The position numbers and the translations under genes were made by a program. 64,000 nt of DNA from Squalus acanthias (lineage: Eukaryota): positions 106,146,001 through 106,210,000 of the forward strand of contig CM059432.1 in assembly GCA_030390025.1 (NCBI GenBank), given 5' to 3'. Below are positions 61,290 through 64,000 of this stretch, piece after piece; position 1 is the first letter of the stretch; each line of letters opens with the position of its first letter. Under the pieces are notes generated by a model. It worked only from the letters and a program-made list of their open reading frames with translations, was not told where the DNA came from and made no database searches.

Positions 61290-64000
61290 TGAATGGTGGA
61301 ATAGGCTCGAGGGACTGCAGATCGGAACAGAGTGTTAAGCTGCGAGTTTGGGGAGTGAGTGAGTGAGGGAGGTGTTCCTTTCTTTTTCCATCTTTGTCAG
61401 CTTCCAGGAGAGCAGGAGCTAAAAAGCTGCACAAGAGGGGACAGAGAACCAGCGGTGAGTATTTCTACATTCCAGTCATTAAAGTAAAAGTAAGGTCTCT
61501 AGTTTAAAGTAGTGTTTAAAGGGAAGTAAGGTCCCTAGTGTATTTAATATTCTTTAATTTAAAGGGAGTAAATTAAGGGTAGGACATGGCAGGGCAGCTC
61601 GGCAGCGTGGAGTGCTCCTCCTGTGCTATGTTGGAAGTCAGGGACACTTTAGGTGTCCAGGGCGAACACATGTGCAGTCTCCAGCTGCAGCTACTCGAAA
61701 TCCGCGTTTCGGAGCTGGAGCTGCGGCTGGAGTCACTGTGGAGCATCCGCGAAGCTGAGATCTTCGTGGATAGCACGTTTAACAAGGTGGTCACACCGCA
61801 GGTAAAGAGTGCACAGGCAGACAGGGAATGGGTGACCACCAGACAGAGTAAAAGAACTAGGAAGGTAGTGCAGAAGTCCTCTGGGTCCATCTCCTTCTCC
61901 GACAGATTTTCCGTTTTGGATACTGATGGGGGAGAGGGTTTCTCAGGGGAATGCAGCAAGAGCCAAGTTCGTGGCATTACGACTGGCTCAGCTGCACAGG
62001 AGGGGAGGAAAAAGAGTGGGAGAACAATAGTGATAGGGGATTCTATCGTAAGGGGAACAGATAGACGTTTCTGTGGCCGCAGACGTGACTCCAGGATGGT
62101 ATGTTGCCTCCCTGATGCCAGGGTCAAGGATGTCACTGAACGGCTGCAGGGCATTCTGAAGGGGGAGGGTGCAGTCAGAGGTCGTGGTTCACACTGGTAC
62201 AAACGACATGGGTAGAAAGAGGGATGAGGTCCTGCAACAAGAATTCAGGGAGCTAGGTAGCAGATTAAAAAGCAGCACCTCAAAGGTTGTAATCTCTGGA
62301 TTACTCCCGGTGCCACGTGCTAGTGAGTATAGGAATAGGAGGATAGAGCAGATGAATGCGTGGCTAAAGAGTTGGTGCAGGAGGGAGGGCTTTAGTTTCC
62401 TGGATCACTGGGTCTGCTTCTGGGGAAGGTGGGACCTGTACAAATCGGACGCGTTGCACCTGAACCAGAACGGGACCAACATCCTTGCGGGGAGGTTTGC
62501 TAGTACTGTTGGGGTGGGGGTTTAAACTAACTTGGCAGGGGGATGGGATACGGAGTGGAGCTATAGTAGGGGGTGATGCACAGCCAAATATAGAGGAAAA
62601 AACAAGTCAGCCTGGAAGGCAGAGCAAATATGTAACGGCACAAAGGAGTATGGCAAGGCTGGATGGCATTTATTTTAATGCAAGGAGTCTTGTGAGTAAG
62701 GCAGATGAATTGAAGGTGTTGATGAACAGATGGGAGTATGATATTGTTGCTATCACAGAGACATGGTTGAGGGAGGGGCAGGACTGGCAGCTCAATATTC
62801 CAGGGTATAGAATCTTCAGGCGAAACAGAGGGAGGTGTAAAAGAGGAGGGGGTGTCGCAATATTAATCAAGGAGTCAATTACTGCTGTAAGGAGGGATGA
62901 TATCTTAGCAGGTTCCTCTAATGAGGCCATATGGGTAGAACTTAAAAACAAAAAGGGGTTAAGCACTTTGCTGGGAGTGTACTATAGGCCCCCAAACAGT
63001 CAGGGGGAGATAGAGGAACAGATATGTAGGCAAATCTCAGAGAAGTGTAGAAATAATAAGGTAATAATAGTAGGGGATTTCAACTTCCCCAATATTAACT
63101 GGGATAGTCAGAGTGTGAAAGGCTTAGAGGGTGCAGAATTCTTAAAGTGCATCCAGGAGAGCTTTTCGAGCCAACATGTAGAAAGTCCTACAAGAGAGGG
63201 GGGCAGTACTGGACCTAATTCTAGGGAATGTAGCTGGGCAAGTGGTAGAAGTGTTAGTAGGAGAGCATTTTGGTGACAGTGACCATAATTCGGTGAGATT
63301 TAAGGTAGTCATGGAAAAGGACAAAGATGGATCGGAGATAAAGGTTCTAAATTGGGGGAAGGCTGATTTTAATATGATAAGGCAGGATCTGGCCAAAGTG
63401 GACTGGGATCAGCTACTTGTAGGAAAATCCACATCAGAGCAGTGGGAGTCTTTCAGAAAGGAAATAGAGTACAACGGCAACATGTTCCCGTAAAGGTCAA
63501 GGGTGGGACCAACAAGCCCAGGGAACCCTGGATGTCAAGGGATATACGAAAATGGATTAGGAAAAAAAGGGAGGCTTTTGGCAGATACAAAGGACTAAAA
63601 ACAGTGGAAGCCCTAGAGGAGTATAGAAAGTGCAGGGGGGTACTTAAAAAAGAAATTAGGAGAGCGAAGAGGGGGCATGAAATAACACTGGCGGGCAAAA
63701 TAAAGGAAAATCCCAAGGTGTTTTATAAGTATATTAAGGGCAAGAGGATAACCAGGGAAAGAGTAGGCTCCATTAGGGACCAAAGTGGCAATCTGTGTGT
63801 AGAGCCAGAAGATGTGGGTGGGGTTTTAAATGAATATTTTGCATCTGTGTTCACTATGGAGAAGGATGATGTAGGCATAGAAATCAGGCAGGGGGATTGT
63901 GATATACTTGAACAAATTAGTATTGAGAAGGAGGAGGTACTAGCGGTTTTAGTGGGCTTAAAAGTGGATAAATCCCCAGGCCCAGACGAGATGTATCCCA
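61290..64000 (+). mobile_element. 5' part of a near full-length CR1: 5' UTR, ORF1 (Cys knuckle, leucine zipper, SGNH esterase; frameshift near 62170) and ORF2 endonuclease; runs off the window
   Basis: ORF1 from 61586: CSSC, LEIRVSELELRL, IGDSIVR, HTGTND, DALHLN; ORF2: FNARSL, ITETW, YRPPN, GDFNFP, SDHN, ending at KSPGPD. Confidence 0.95.

Noticed and set aside
61586..62525. SGNH esterase-like ORF as a host gene
   Set aside because: It is CR1 ORF1: frameshifted and directly followed by the ORF2 endonuclease
45600..64000. Exons of an upstream neighbour gene such as TAF2, expected from mammalian synteny
   Set aside because: No matching coding sequence recognised in this window

Overview
Vertebrate genomic DNA, most likely from a shark or other elasmobranch, inferred from HE1/V-SINE, SacSINE1/Deu-like SINEs and HER1-like CR1 LINEs. 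The only supported host gene is the 5' part of ENPP2 (autotaxin) on the minus strand. Coding exons 1-8 lie at 22779 down to 1807, all with GT-AG boundaries and a continuous reading frame; they encode the signal peptide, SMB1, SMB2 and the start of the catalytic domain, including the PTKTFPN nucleophile. The gene continues beyond base 1. About 41 kb upstream is intergenic: repeat-poor, visibly CpG-retaining blocks (about 22-24, 29-34.5 and 39.5-41 kb) alternate with heavily nested CR1, L2, SINE and MITE clusters. Main observations: (1) Penelope-like elements carrying minimal hammerhead ribozymes with a compensatory helix I change between copies, one forming a 97-bp-arm palindrome; (2) two candidate distal alternative first exons of ENPP2 with strong Kozak contexts and compatible phases; (3) a perfect 78-bp locally templated inverted insertion; (4) several non-coding TIR elements with 3-bp TSDs inserted into retroelements; (5) a SINE-LINE pair sharing a 3' tail. 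Nearly all long ORFs in the track are retrotransposon remnants. Repeat family names and human comparisons come from recalled sequences, not database searches.
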